From positions 5,151,147-5,215,146 of the forward strand of contig OW818688.1 in the NCBI GenBank assembly GCA_942493265.1: 64,000 nucleotides of DNA, in the 5' to 3' direction. The position numbers and the translations under genes are program-made. The DNA is from an uncultured Bacteroidota bacterium. GTDB lineage: Bacteria; Bacteroidota; Bacteroidia; Bacteroidales; UBA12481. Under the pieces are notes generated by a model. The model searched no databases. It saw nothing but the letters and a program-made list of their open reading frames with translations, and was not told where the DNA came from. Positions 29,067-37,911 of the stretch are shown in pieces. Every line of letters starts with the position of its first letter. The stretch's first letter is position 1.

Positions 29067-30458
29067 ATGAATTACGATTTGATAGTGGTAGGGAGCGGTC
29101 CCGGAGGATACGTAGCAGCCATCAGGGCGTCGCAGCTTGGACTGAAAACTGCGGTGATAGAAAAGGCCGAACTGGGTGGGATTTGTCTGAACTGGGGTTG
29201 TATCCCCACCAAATCATTATTAAAATCCGCCCAGGTATTTGATTACATCAAACATGCCGCTGAATATGGCGTTTTTGTTGATGGCGCCATCAATGCGGAT
29301 TTCACTGCCGTTATTGGCAGGAGCAGGTCAGTTGCCGATGGAATGAGCAAAGGGGTGCAATTTCTGTTGAAGAAAAACAAGATTGATGTGATCCAGGGAT
29401 TCGGGAAACTCTCCGGACCCGGTAAGGTTTCCGTTACTGACAAGTCGGGCAAAATAGCAATTTATGAAGCCACAAGCATTATCCTGGCTACCGGAGCCAG
29501 ATCCAAAGAATTACCGAATCTGCTGCAGGATGGTTTAAGAATTATCGGATACCGAGAAGCACTCGCACTGGAGAAACTGCCTGCTTCCATGATTGTAGTG
29601 GGATCAGGTGCCATCGGCACCGAATTGGCCTCCTTTTATAATAGTATGGGTACCGAAGTTACGCTGGTGGAATTTTTACCGGATATTGTTCCCCTCGAAG
29701 ATGAAGAGGTTTCGAAAGCGCTTGCCCGGTCATTAAAAAAGGCCGGAATCAAAATCATGACCGATTCATCCGTGGAATCGGTTGATTACAATGGCGAAAA
29801 TTGCCTGGTGACGATCAAAACAAAAAAAGGCATAGAAACTAAAGAGGCAGAAATTGTTTTATCTGCCGTAGGGATAACGCCGAATCTGGAAAAACTCGGA
29901 CTCGAAGAGGCCGGGATAATCCTGGAGAAGGGTAAAATCAAAGTCGATCCATATTATGCCACTTCAGCACCGGGGATTTATGCCATCGGGGATATTGTGC
30001 CGGGACAAGCTCTGGCGCACGTTGCATCGGCTGAGGGAATCATCTGTGTGGAAAAAATTGCCGGACTCAATCCTGAACCGTTAAATTACAATAACATACC
30101 GGGATGCACCTATACCACTCCGGAAGTGGCATCTGTAGGATATACTGAAAAAGCTGCCCGTGATGCCGGTTTCGACATCAAGGTTGGCAAGTTTCCTTTT
30201 ACAGCATCCGGAAAAGCCAGCGCTTCAGGAGCGAAAGACGGATTTGTCAAACTGATTTTCGACTCCAAACATGGAGAATTGTTGGGAGCGCATCTGATTG
30301 GAAGCAATGTTACCGAAATGATTGCAGAGCTGGTGGTTGCCAGAAAACTGGAGATTACCGGTCATGAACTGATAAAAACGGTTCATCCCCACCCCACCAT
30401 GTCAGAAGCAATTATGGAAGCAGCTGCTGCTGCCTTCGGAGAAGTCATTCATTTATAA
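29067..30458 (+). CDS. lpdA: Dihydrolipoyl dehydrogenase (copy 1)
   Basis: 463 aa. FAD motif VVGSGPGGY, redox disulfide GGICLNWGCIPTK, NAD motif VVGSGAIGTE, and the C-terminal HPHPTMSE interface motif. Confidence 0.93.
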   Translation: MNYDLIVVGSGPGGYVAAIRASQLGLKTAVIEKAELGGICLNWGCIPTKSLLKSAQVFDYIKHAAEYGVFVDGAINADFTAVIGRSRSVADGMSKGVQFLLKKNKIDVIQGFGKLSGPGKVSVTDKSGKIAIYEATSIILATGARSKELPNLLQDGLRIIGYREALALEKLPASMIVVGSGAIGTELASFYNSMGTEVTLVEFLPDIVPLEDEEVSKALARSLKKAGIKIMTDSSVESVDYNGENCLVTIKTKKGIETKEAEIVLSAVGITPNLEKLGLEEAGIILEKGKIKVDPYYATSAPGIYAIGDIVPGQALAHVASAEGIICVEKIAGLNPEPLNYNNIPGCTYTTPEVASVGYTEKAARDAGFDIKVGKFPFTASGKASASGAKDGFVKLIFDSKHGELLGAHLIGSNVTEMIAELVVARKLEITGHELIKTVHPHPTMSEAIMEAAAAAFGEVIHL

Positions 30459-30462
30459 CAAC

Positions 30463-33312
30463 ATGACAGGCGAACAGTACATTGAAGTCACCGGGGCACG
30501 GGTGCACAATCTTCGTAATATTGATGTAAAAATCCCCCGTCATAAACTTACGGTTATCACAGGATTGAGCGGAAGCGGTAAGTCGTCGCTCGCATTTGAC
30601 ACCATTTATGCAGAAGGTCAGCGCAGGTATATGGAAACCTTTTCGGCCTATGCCCGCCAATTCCTGGGAAGCATGGAAAGGCCTGATGTTGATCAGATTA
30701 CCGGATTAAGTCCTGTAATATCAATCGAGCAGAAAACGACAAGTAAGAATCCCAGAAGTACGGTTGGCACCACCACGGAGATTTACGACTTTCTGAGATT
30801 GCTCTATGCCCGCGCGGCAGAGGCATTTTCATGGGAAACCGGGGAAAAGATGGTTCGGTATACCGATGACCAGATACTGTCGCGCATTCTTGAAAAGTTT
30901 TCGGGTGAAAAGATCCTGATTCTTTCACCTCTGGTAAAATCCAGGAAAGGCCATTACAAGGAACTATTCGAGCAGATTCGTAAAAAGGGTTACATCTATG
31001 CCCGGATTGACGGGGCGATCAGGGAATTATTGCCGGGATTGAAACTTGACCGGTATAAAACACACAATATTGAGATGGTTGTGGACAGACTGGTGGCTGC
31101 TCCCGATCAATCGAGGCGGATGAAGGATTCGATACAAACGGCGATGAAAGAAGGCAAGGGAGTGATCCTGATCACCGGATTTGAGGGACAGGAGCCAACC
31201 TACTTCAGCCGCCACCTGATGTGTCCGACAACCGGGATATCCTATGACGAACCTGCACCAAACAGCTTTTCATTTAACAGCCCGCAGGGCGCTTGTCCGG
31301 TTTGCAAAGGGTTGGGCTATGTTCATGAAATCGATAACAGCAAGATCATCCCGGATGATACCATCAGCATTAAGGACGGAGGAATCGCTCCTTTAGGCAA
31401 ATTCCGTCAGAGCATGATATTCTGGCAGTTGGAAGCCATCGCCCGGAAATATGGATTCAGGCTGGAGGATCCGATCTGCGACATACCTGAAGAGGCCTTG
31501 CAAACCATATTACTGGGATCAGAAGAATCATTCAAACTCGAAAACACTCCGTTGGGACTCTCCTCAAACTACTTTTTAAGTTTTGAAGGGATAGTTACTT
31601 ATATCGGTCAGCAAAAAGATGAATCCAGTTCCAAGAAGGCCCAAAAATGGATCGATCAGTTTATCCGCACCTCCACTTGTTCAGCATGTGAGGGCACCAA
31701 GCTGAAGAAGGAGAGCCTGTACTTTCGTTTGGATAACAAGAATATAGCTGAATTGGCGGATATGGACATCTCGCGGCTGCTGATGTGGTTCGATGGAATA
31801 GAATCCCGGCTGTCATCCACCCAGCAGCAGATTGCCAGGGATGTGCTGAAAGAAATCAGGGCACGTTTAAAGTTCCTGCTGGATGTGGGATTAAACTATT
31901 TGTCGCTCAACCGGTCAACCCGGAGTTTATCCGGCGGTGAAGGACAGCGGATACGGCTGGCCACCCAGATCGGATCTCAACTGGTTAATGTTCTCTATAT
32001 CCTGGATGAGCCCAGTATCGGCCTGCACCATCGCGACAACCTTCAGCTGATTGAAGCGCTGAAACAATTGCGCGATCTGGGGAATTCCGTGATCGTTGTG
32101 GAGCATGATGAGGACATGATCCTTTCGGCCGACTATGTCATCGACATGGGTCCGCATGCCGGCCGGCACGGTGGAATGGTGGTTGCCATCGGAAAGCCTG
32201 CGGAGATTATCGAAGCCGATACCCTGACCGGTGCTTATCTGAAAGGCGATAAAAGGATTGAAGTACCGGCTGTGAGAAGAGTGCCTGATGGCAAGGAGCT
32301 GGTTCTAAAGGGTGCCAAAGGTCACAATCTGAAAAATGTGGATATCAGCATACCACTCGGACAGTTTATCTGCATTACCGGCGTATCAGGAAGCGGAAAA
32401 TCAACCTTGATCAATGAAACCCTGCATCCCATACTGAGTCAGGCATTTTACCGTTCGGTTCAGGATCCGCTGCCCTATGAATCATTCTCCGGGATCGAAC
32501 TGATCGACAAGGTAATTGTGGTGGATCAGTCGCCGATCGGCCGCACGCCAAGATCGAACCCGGCAACTTATACCGGGGTATTCGGGGAAATCAGAAACCT
32601 GCTTGCGAAATTGCCGGAATCCCAGGTAAGGGGATATGAACCCGGGAGATTTTCATTCAATGTTAAAGGCGGACGATGTGAAACCTGCCAGGGGGCCGGA
32701 GTAAAGACAATCGAGATGAATTTTCTCCCGGATGTATATGTTCATTGTGAAGCCTGCAACGGGAAGAGGTATAACCGTGAAACGCTGGAAGTCAGATATA
32801 AGGGAAAATCCATTTCGGATATTCTGGACATGACGATCAGTCAGTCGATGGAGTTTTTCGAGAACTCTCCGAATATTGTGAGGGCATTGCGAACACTGAA
32901 TGATGTGGGTTTGGGATACATCACACTCGGGCAATCGTCGACCACCCTGTCGGGAGGTGAATCACAGCGGGTTAAGCTTGCAAACGAACTGGCAAAGAAG
33001 GATACGGGGCACACCCTGTATATATTGGATGAACCCACTACCGGGTTACATTTTGAAGATATCCGGGTTCTGCTTGGCGTATTGAATAAATTGGTCGGGA
33101 AAGGCAATACGGTTATAGTCATTGAACACAACATGGAGGTTATCAAGGTAGCCGATTACATCATTGATCTGGGACCGGAGGGTGGTTTATCAGGAGGAAA
33201 TATCGTGGCTGCAGGCAAACCGGAAGATATTATCCTGAATAAAGAATCCTATACCGGAAAATTCCTGAAAGAAGTACTAATTTCATATCATAACACAAAA
33301 AAGACAATATGA
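30463..33312 (+). CDS. uvrA: Excinuclease ABC subunit A
   Basis: 949 aa. Two ABC modules are present (GLSGSGKSSLAFDTIYAEGQRRY and GVSGSGKSTLI) with signature motifs LSGGEGQR and LSGGESQR, plus zinc-finger Cys pairs. Confidence 0.97.
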   Translation: MTGEQYIEVTGARVHNLRNIDVKIPRHKLTVITGLSGSGKSSLAFDTIYAEGQRRYMETFSAYARQFLGSMERPDVDQITGLSPVISIEQKTTSKNPRSTVGTTTEIYDFLRLLYARAAEAFSWETGEKMVRYTDDQILSRILEKFSGEKILILSPLVKSRKGHYKELFEQIRKKGYIYARIDGAIRELLPGLKLDRYKTHNIEMVVDRLVAAPDQSRRMKDSIQTAMKEGKGVILITGFEGQEPTYFSRHLMCPTTGISYDEPAPNSFSFNSPQGACPVCKGLGYVHEIDNSKIIPDDTISIKDGGIAPLGKFRQSMIFWQLEAIARKYGFRLEDPICDIPEEALQTILLGSEESFKLENTPLGLSSNYFLSFEGIVTYIGQQKDESSSKKAQKWIDQFIRTSTCSACEGTKLKKESLYFRLDNKNIAELADMDISRLLMWFDGIESRLSSTQQQIARDVLKEIRARLKFLLDVGLNYLSLNRSTRSLSGGEGQRIRLATQIGSQLVNVLYILDEPSIGLHHRDNLQLIEALKQLRDLGNSVIVVEHDEDMILSADYVIDMGPHAGRHGGMVVAIGKPAEIIEADTLTGAYLKGDKRIEVPAVRRVPDGKELVLKGAKGHNLKNVDISIPLGQFICITGVSGSGKSTLINETLHPILSQAFYRSVQDPLPYESFSGIELIDKVIVVDQSPIGRTPRSNPATYTGVFGEIRNLLAKLPESQVRGYEPGRFSFNVKGGRCETCQGAGVKTIEMNFLPDVYVHCEACNGKRYNRETLEVRYKGKSISDILDMTISQSMEFFENSPNIVRALRTLNDVGLGYITLGQSSTTLSGGESQRVKLANELAKKDTGHTLYILDEPTTGLHFEDIRVLLGVLNKLVGKGNTVIVIEHNMEVIKVADYIIDLGPEGGLSGGNIVAAGKPEDIILNKESYTGKFLKEVLISYHNTKKTI

Positions 33313-34016
33313 CTGAAGACGATATGATCCGGGATGCTTTTAAGCCCAAATCCTGGACTGAATTAAAGACGGAAAATTCCTGGCAGGTATTTAAGGTGAT
33401 GGCTGAGTTTATTTATGGATTTGAAAAACTCGGAAGACTGGGTCCAAGTGTTGCCGTGTTCGGGTCAGCCCGTACCCAGCCTGATAGCAAATACTATAAT
33501 ATTGCTGAAGAGATTGGTTTCCGGTTGACACAGCTTGGTTACGGAGTAATAACCGGTGGCGGTCCGGGCATCATGGAAGCTGCCAATAAAGGCGCTCAGC
33601 GGGGCAAGGGGAAATCCATCGGTATGAATATCGATCTTCCCCATGAGCAAAACCACAACCCCTATATCGATATGGATAAATCGATACATTTCGATTATTT
33701 CTTTGTTCGCAAAACGATGTTCATGAGATATTCGCAGGGCTTTATAGTTTTGCCGGGGGGATTTGGAACTTTTGATGAACTATTTGAAGCTCTGACACTT
33801 ATCCAGACTGGTAAAATCGGCAGATTCCCGATTGTGATGGTCAGTAAAGAATATTGGGGCGGTCTCATCAAGTGGATCAAGGAAATAATGCATTCCCGCG
33901 AGCATAATGTTGCGGTGACGGATTTCGACTTGTTTCATCTTGTGGATACTGCGGAAGATGCGGTTAAGGTGATTGATGATTTCTATGGGCAGTATGTGCT
34001 GAGTCCGAACTTCTAG
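33309..34016 (+). CDS. LOG-family nucleotide 5'-monophosphate nucleosidase (TIGR00730 type)
   Basis: 235 aa with GGGPGIMEA and the PGGFGTFDELFE motifs. The start overlaps the uvrA stop (ATGA). Confidence 0.88.
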   Translation: MTEDDMIRDAFKPKSWTELKTENSWQVFKVMAEFIYGFEKLGRLGPSVAVFGSARTQPDSKYYNIAEEIGFRLTQLGYGVITGGGPGIMEAANKGAQRGKGKSIGMNIDLPHEQNHNPYIDMDKSIHFDYFFVRKTMFMRYSQGFIVLPGGFGTFDELFEALTLIQTGKIGRFPIVMVSKEYWGGLIKWIKEIMHSREHNVAVTDFDLFHLVDTAEDAVKVIDDFYGQYVLSPNF

Positions 34017-34129
34017 AGGTGAGGAGGTGAGGAGGTGAGGAGGTGAGGAGGTGAGGAGGTGAGGAAGTGAGGAAATGAGGAGGTGAGAAACGTGAAGAAC
34101 GTGAAGAGGGTGAAGAGGGTTGGGTGGGG
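34017..34129. repeat. Purine-rich tandem repeat filling the whole convergent spacer: (AGGTGAGG) x6 perfect plus 3 degenerate copies, then 9-mers of the RRRGTGAAG type
   Basis: Six perfect copies of AGGTGAGG occupy 34017-34064, followed by AAGTGAGG, AAATGAGG and AGGTGAGA up to 34088. Then come ..CGTGAAGAACGTGAAGAGGGTGAAGAGGGTTGGGTGGGG... The array starts at the first nucleotide after the LOG TAG and ends at the miaA stop (34130). Confidence 0.9.
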
Positions 34130-35050
34130 TTAGAGGTTGGTTAATATTAAGTTAATCTTTTCTGGGAGGGGGAGTTCGCCGGGGATCCAAAAGATGGGAA
34201 TTCCGCGGCGTTCCATTCCACGAAACCAGGTCATCTGGCGTTTGGCAAATTGATGGATAGCAATGTTCAGTTGGGAGAACATCTCTTCATAGGATATTTT
34301 GCCCGTGCAATAGAGGGTTAAGTATTTGTACTCCAGACCATAATACATCAGGTCGTCGGGTTTCACCGTTACCAGGAGTTTTTGGACCTCCTCGATCATT
34401 CCGTTTTCCAGTCGTTCCGCTAATCGCTCAGTAATTCGCCGGCGCCTGGTTTCGGAATCATAACTGATACAAAACACCTTTGAGCGGATCGGCGGGAATG
34501 TTTTTGAAGGTTCTGCAGGCCGGTCTGAACGGGCAATTTCGAGTGCCCTGATCAGGCGATCGCGGTTGGTGGTATCCGACTGGTTATGAAGCGGGCCATA
34601 TGATTTGAGCAGGCTGATCAGTTCTTCATCCGGCTCATCCACGATACTCTTACGGAACGCCTCATCAACCGGCACTTCGCTAAGTGAATATCCTCTCAGA
34701 ACAGATTCAGCATAGAGACCGGTTCCTCCGCACAGGATCGGGAATTTACCACGGCTGCGGATATCCTCAAAAGCGGTATGAAAATCTCTCTGAAAATCGA
34801 ATAAAGAATATTTTTCGCCGGCATCGGCAATATCGATCAGGTGATAATTGACATTCTTATCACCCACCTGGTAATCCGCCAGGTCTTTCCCGGTACCGAT
34901 ATCCATTCCCCGGTATACCTGTCGGGAATCGGCGCTGATCACTTCCCCGTCGAGAAGCAGTGCCAGATGTGCTGCCAGGGTAGTTTTGCCGCCGGCAGTG
35001 TGGCCGGTGAGGGTCAGCAAATCGGGTTTGGTATGATCGGGCTTAGTCAT
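34130..35050 (-). CDS. miaA: tRNA dimethylallyltransferase (start moved from 35197 to ATG 35050)
   Basis: From M50 of the track ORF the protein reads MTKPDHTKPDLLTLTGHTAGGKTTLAAHLA (P-loop), followed by ISADSRQVYRGMDIGTGKD. The upstream 49 codons are hydrophobic antisense of the smpB region. Confidence 0.85.
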   Translation of the reverse strand: MTKPDHTKPDLLTLTGHTAGGKTTLAAHLALLLDGEVISADSRQVYRGMDIGTGKDLADYQVGDKNVNYHLIDIADAGEKYSLFDFQRDFHTAFEDIRSRGKFPILCGGTGLYAESVLRGYSLSEVPVDEAFRKSIVDEPDEELISLLKSYGPLHNQSDTTNRDRLIRALEIARSDRPAEPSKTFPPIRSKVFCISYDSETRRRRITERLAERLENGMIEEVQKLLVTVKPDDLMYYGLEYKYLTLYCTGKISYEEMFSQLNIAIHQFAKRQMTWFRGMERRGIPIFWIPGELPLPEKINLILTNL

Positions 35051-35090
35051 GAGCAATAAAAGTAGTACTTTTGCGGCCAAGGTAAACAGA

Positions 35091-35540
35091 ATGGCCAATA
35101 AGATCAATATAAGCAACAAGCAGGTATACAGGGAATATGAAATCCTGGAAAAGTACACAGCCGGGATTGTCCTGTACGGAACGGAGATAAAATCCATCCG
35201 TCAGGGGAAGGCCAGTCTGTCGGATTCATGGTGCAATTTCATCAATGGCGAACTGTATGCGCGCGGATTGCAGATAGCGGAATACAGCTTTGGCACGCAT
35301 AACAATCACATTCCCAAGCGCGACCGGAAATTGCTCCTCTCGCGTCACGAATTAAACAAGCTGGAACGGAAGGTTAAGGAGAAAGGCTTCACGATTGTGA
35401 CCATTGAACTTTTCCTGAATGATGCCGGATTGGCAAAGCTGGAAATAGGCCTTGCGCGTGGAAAGGCGGTGCACGACAAGCGCGAGGATATGAAGAAGAA
35501 GGATATGAACCGCGAGATTGAGCGGCACATGAAAAAATAG
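35091..35540 (+). CDS. smpB: SsrA-binding protein (start moved from 35049 to ATG 35091)
   Basis: The sequence MANKINISNKQVYREYEILEKYTAGIVLYGTEIKSIRQGKASL matches the usual SmpB N-terminus, and the C-terminal tail is basic. Confidence 0.92.
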   Translation: MANKINISNKQVYREYEILEKYTAGIVLYGTEIKSIRQGKASLSDSWCNFINGELYARGLQIAEYSFGTHNNHIPKRDRKLLLSRHELNKLERKVKEKGFTIVTIELFLNDAGLAKLEIGLARGKAVHDKREDMKKKDMNREIERHMKK

Positions 35541-35550
35541 ACCGTGCGTG

Positions 35551-36333
35551 CTATCTGGCCCGGTTAATCGGAATGATAAGCCTTATCATGGTACCAACAC
35601 CAACATGACTGCTGACTTCGATTCCAATATCCATCATATCACATAGTTTCTTTACTACGGACAGGCTCATCCCCCTGGCTTTCATTTTTTTACCTAACGG
35701 GGAGTCAACAGGCGGGAAAATCTCAAACAGGTTTCTTAATGTTTCCTTATCGATGCCACATCCCGTATCACTTACTTCAATGGTACAAATTTCAGGAGAT
35801 GACTGTTTGATTACAAGATTGATCCCACCTTCTTTTGTAAAACGCAAACTGTTCTCCATCAATATCTTAACGATCTGGAACATTCTTCCTTTATCAATGA
35901 AAATCGAAGACATACTATCCGGAGGGGCAACATAGGAGATAGCGAGATGCTTCTTCTCATATAAATTGCTCATCTCATCCATCTCTATCTTAACTTCCTC
36001 GATAAGATCTTTGAAATAGACCGTTTTATAGAACAGCTCGAGATTATCGGTCTCCATTTTAGCCAGATCGATCAGATTGGACATCAGGTCGAGCAGCTTA
36101 CGGGAACTACGCGCGATCATCAGGCAGTAACTGCGCTGGTCGGCACGTGAAACCCTGGGTTCAGCAAGCAGGTCGGAGAAGCCGATGATTGCACTCAGAG
36201 GCGTCCGGATATCGTGCGACAATCCGGATAAATAATTCGGGAATAGGTGATTTGCTTCTTCCACTGTTAACTTGACCTTTTCTAATAGATCTGTTTGATT
36301 ATTCATTTGATAACTATTGTAATTCCAACCCAA
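35551..36333 (-). CDS. Cytoplasmic histidine kinase without a sensor domain (DHp + CA only)
   Basis: 260 aa. H-box LSHDIRTPLSAIIGFSDLL, N-box region KILMENSLRFT, G1 box DTGCGID and G2-like box GMSLSVVKKL. There is no TM segment and no adjacent response regulator. Confidence 0.85.
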   Translation of the reverse strand: MGWNYNSYQMNNQTDLLEKVKLTVEEANHLFPNYLSGLSHDIRTPLSAIIGFSDLLAEPRVSRADQRSYCLMIARSSRKLLDLMSNLIDLAKMETDNLELFYKTVYFKDLIEEVKIEMDEMSNLYEKKHLAISYVAPPDSMSSIFIDKGRMFQIVKILMENSLRFTKEGGINLVIKQSSPEICTIEVSDTGCGIDKETLRNLFEIFPPVDSPLGKKMKARGMSLSVVKKLCDMMDIGIEVSSHVGVGTMIRLIIPINRAR

Positions 36334-36484
36334 ATTTAAGCGAGATTATCTATAAAACAGCTGGTTCGGGCTTTTATTTGACCAAAGAATACTATATCCG
36401 CCCGAAATCAATAAATAGATGTCTGATAATAATTTGTTGTAGAAATAGAATTGATGCTAATTTTAACCCCTTAACAATCGAAGC

Positions 36485-37900
36485 ATGTCTGAAACAGGAA
36501 AACAGGTTATCCACGATTATTTTGATCATCTGGCAGCCAAACGCGAACGGTGGCGTAAACGTAACTTTTTTTACCATAAAACCCTGGCGAAGCAATACAG
36601 GATGATAATTCCGGAGGGTTCAACGGTTCTCGAACTCGGATGCGGTACCGGGGATTTGCTTAATGCCGTAAAGCCGGCGGTTGGGTACGGCATTGATTTT
36701 TCGGAAGAAATGATCGCAAAAGCAAAGAGGAAATATCCGGAGCTTATTTTCCATACCGCTGAAGCTGAAAGCTTTAAATCGGATATTCGTTTCGATTACA
36801 TTATCATGAGCGATTTGCTCAGCTCACTATGGGATATTCAGGAGGTTATCCGAAATATCAGAACGTTGATCCATCCGCGCACCAAAATAATTATCTCTTC
36901 CTATAATTATCTCTGGGAACCGCTTCTGCGGCTGGGAGAATTTCTTGGACTTAAAGCCCGTCAGCCGCTGCAAAGCTGGTTAACGGTCAATGATATCAGA
37001 GGGCTGTTAAACCTGGAAGAATTTGAGATTATCAAGGTTGACAAAAAGCTCCTTATACCCAAATACGTTCCTTTAATAAACCTGATATTCAACACTTTCC
37101 TGGCCAATCTTCCCGGAATAAACAGTTTGTGCCTGATCAACATGATTACGGCCAGGCCGGTATTCCGCAAAGAAGAGCAGTATTCGGTGAGCATTGTTGT
37201 GCCCGCCCGGAATGAAAAAGGAAACATCGAGAATGCCATCCGGAGAACTCCGGCTTTTGGAACGCACCAGGAGTTCATATTTATCGAAGGATTCTCGAAA
37301 GACGATACCTGGGAGGAAATCCTGAGGGTTAAAGAAGCTTATCCTGATAAGGATATTAAAGCATTAAAGCAATCAGGCAAAGGAAAAGGCAATGCCGTTC
37401 GGGAAGCTTTTGAGCTGGCCAGTGGTGAAATCCTGATGATTCTGGACGCTGATTTAACCACACCACCGGAAGACATGCCTAAATTTTATGAAGCTCTTTC
37501 AAGGAATCGCGGCGAATTCATCAATGGGTGCCGGTTGGTATATCCGATGGACAAAGAGGCTATGCGATTCCTTAACCTGTTGGCCAACAAATTCTTCGGA
37601 TGGTTTTTCTCGTATATCCTCGGTCAGCGTCTGAAAGATACGCTGTGTGGCACCAAAGTTCTGTTCAAAAAAGATTATGAGCTCATTAAAACCAACAGGA
37701 AATATTTCGGCGATTTTGATCCGTTCGGGGATTTTGACCTGATTTTCGGCGCTGCCAAGCTAAATCTGAAAATGACGGAAGTAATTGTAAGATACCGCGA
37801 CCGGGAATATGGATCCACGCAGATCAGCCGTTTCCGACATGGTTTGTTATTAATCAGGATGAGCCTTTTTGCTGCCAGAAAAATAAAATTCACCAGATAA
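36485..37900 (+). CDS. Fusion of a class I SAM-dependent methyltransferase and a GT2 glycosyltransferase (polyprenyl-phosphate sugar synthase-like)
   Basis: 471 aa. The N-terminal half carries motif I VLELGCGTGDLL. The C-terminal half carries SIVVPARNEKGNI and the ILDADLTTPPED (DxD) GT-A signature. Confidence 0.8.
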   Translation: MSETGKQVIHDYFDHLAAKRERWRKRNFFYHKTLAKQYRMIIPEGSTVLELGCGTGDLLNAVKPAVGYGIDFSEEMIAKAKRKYPELIFHTAEAESFKSDIRFDYIIMSDLLSSLWDIQEVIRNIRTLIHPRTKIIISSYNYLWEPLLRLGEFLGLKARQPLQSWLTVNDIRGLLNLEEFEIIKVDKKLLIPKYVPLINLIFNTFLANLPGINSLCLINMITARPVFRKEEQYSVSIVVPARNEKGNIENAIRRTPAFGTHQEFIFIEGFSKDDTWEEILRVKEAYPDKDIKALKQSGKGKGNAVREAFELASGEILMILDADLTTPPEDMPKFYEALSRNRGEFINGCRLVYPMDKEAMRFLNLLANKFFGWFFSYILGQRLKDTLCGTKVLFKKDYELIKTNRKYFGDFDPFGDFDLIFGAAKLNLKMTEVIVRYRDREYGSTQISRFRHGLLLIRMSLFAARKIKFTR

Positions 37901-37911
37901 ACTGAAGGATT

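Noticed and set aside
29067-34016. The lpdA-uvrA-LOG string with 4-nt gaps or overlaps, considered as a functional system.
   Set aside because: Tight spacing of unrelated housekeeping genes is common in compact Bacteroidota genomes, and nothing in the sequences links their functions.
34017-34088. The octamer array considered as a CRISPR array or as a coding extension of the LOG gene.
   Set aside because: The period is 8 nt with no spacers, so it is not a CRISPR array. Reading through the LOG TAG hits an in-frame TGA one codon later (TAG AGG TGA), so it is not a coding extension.
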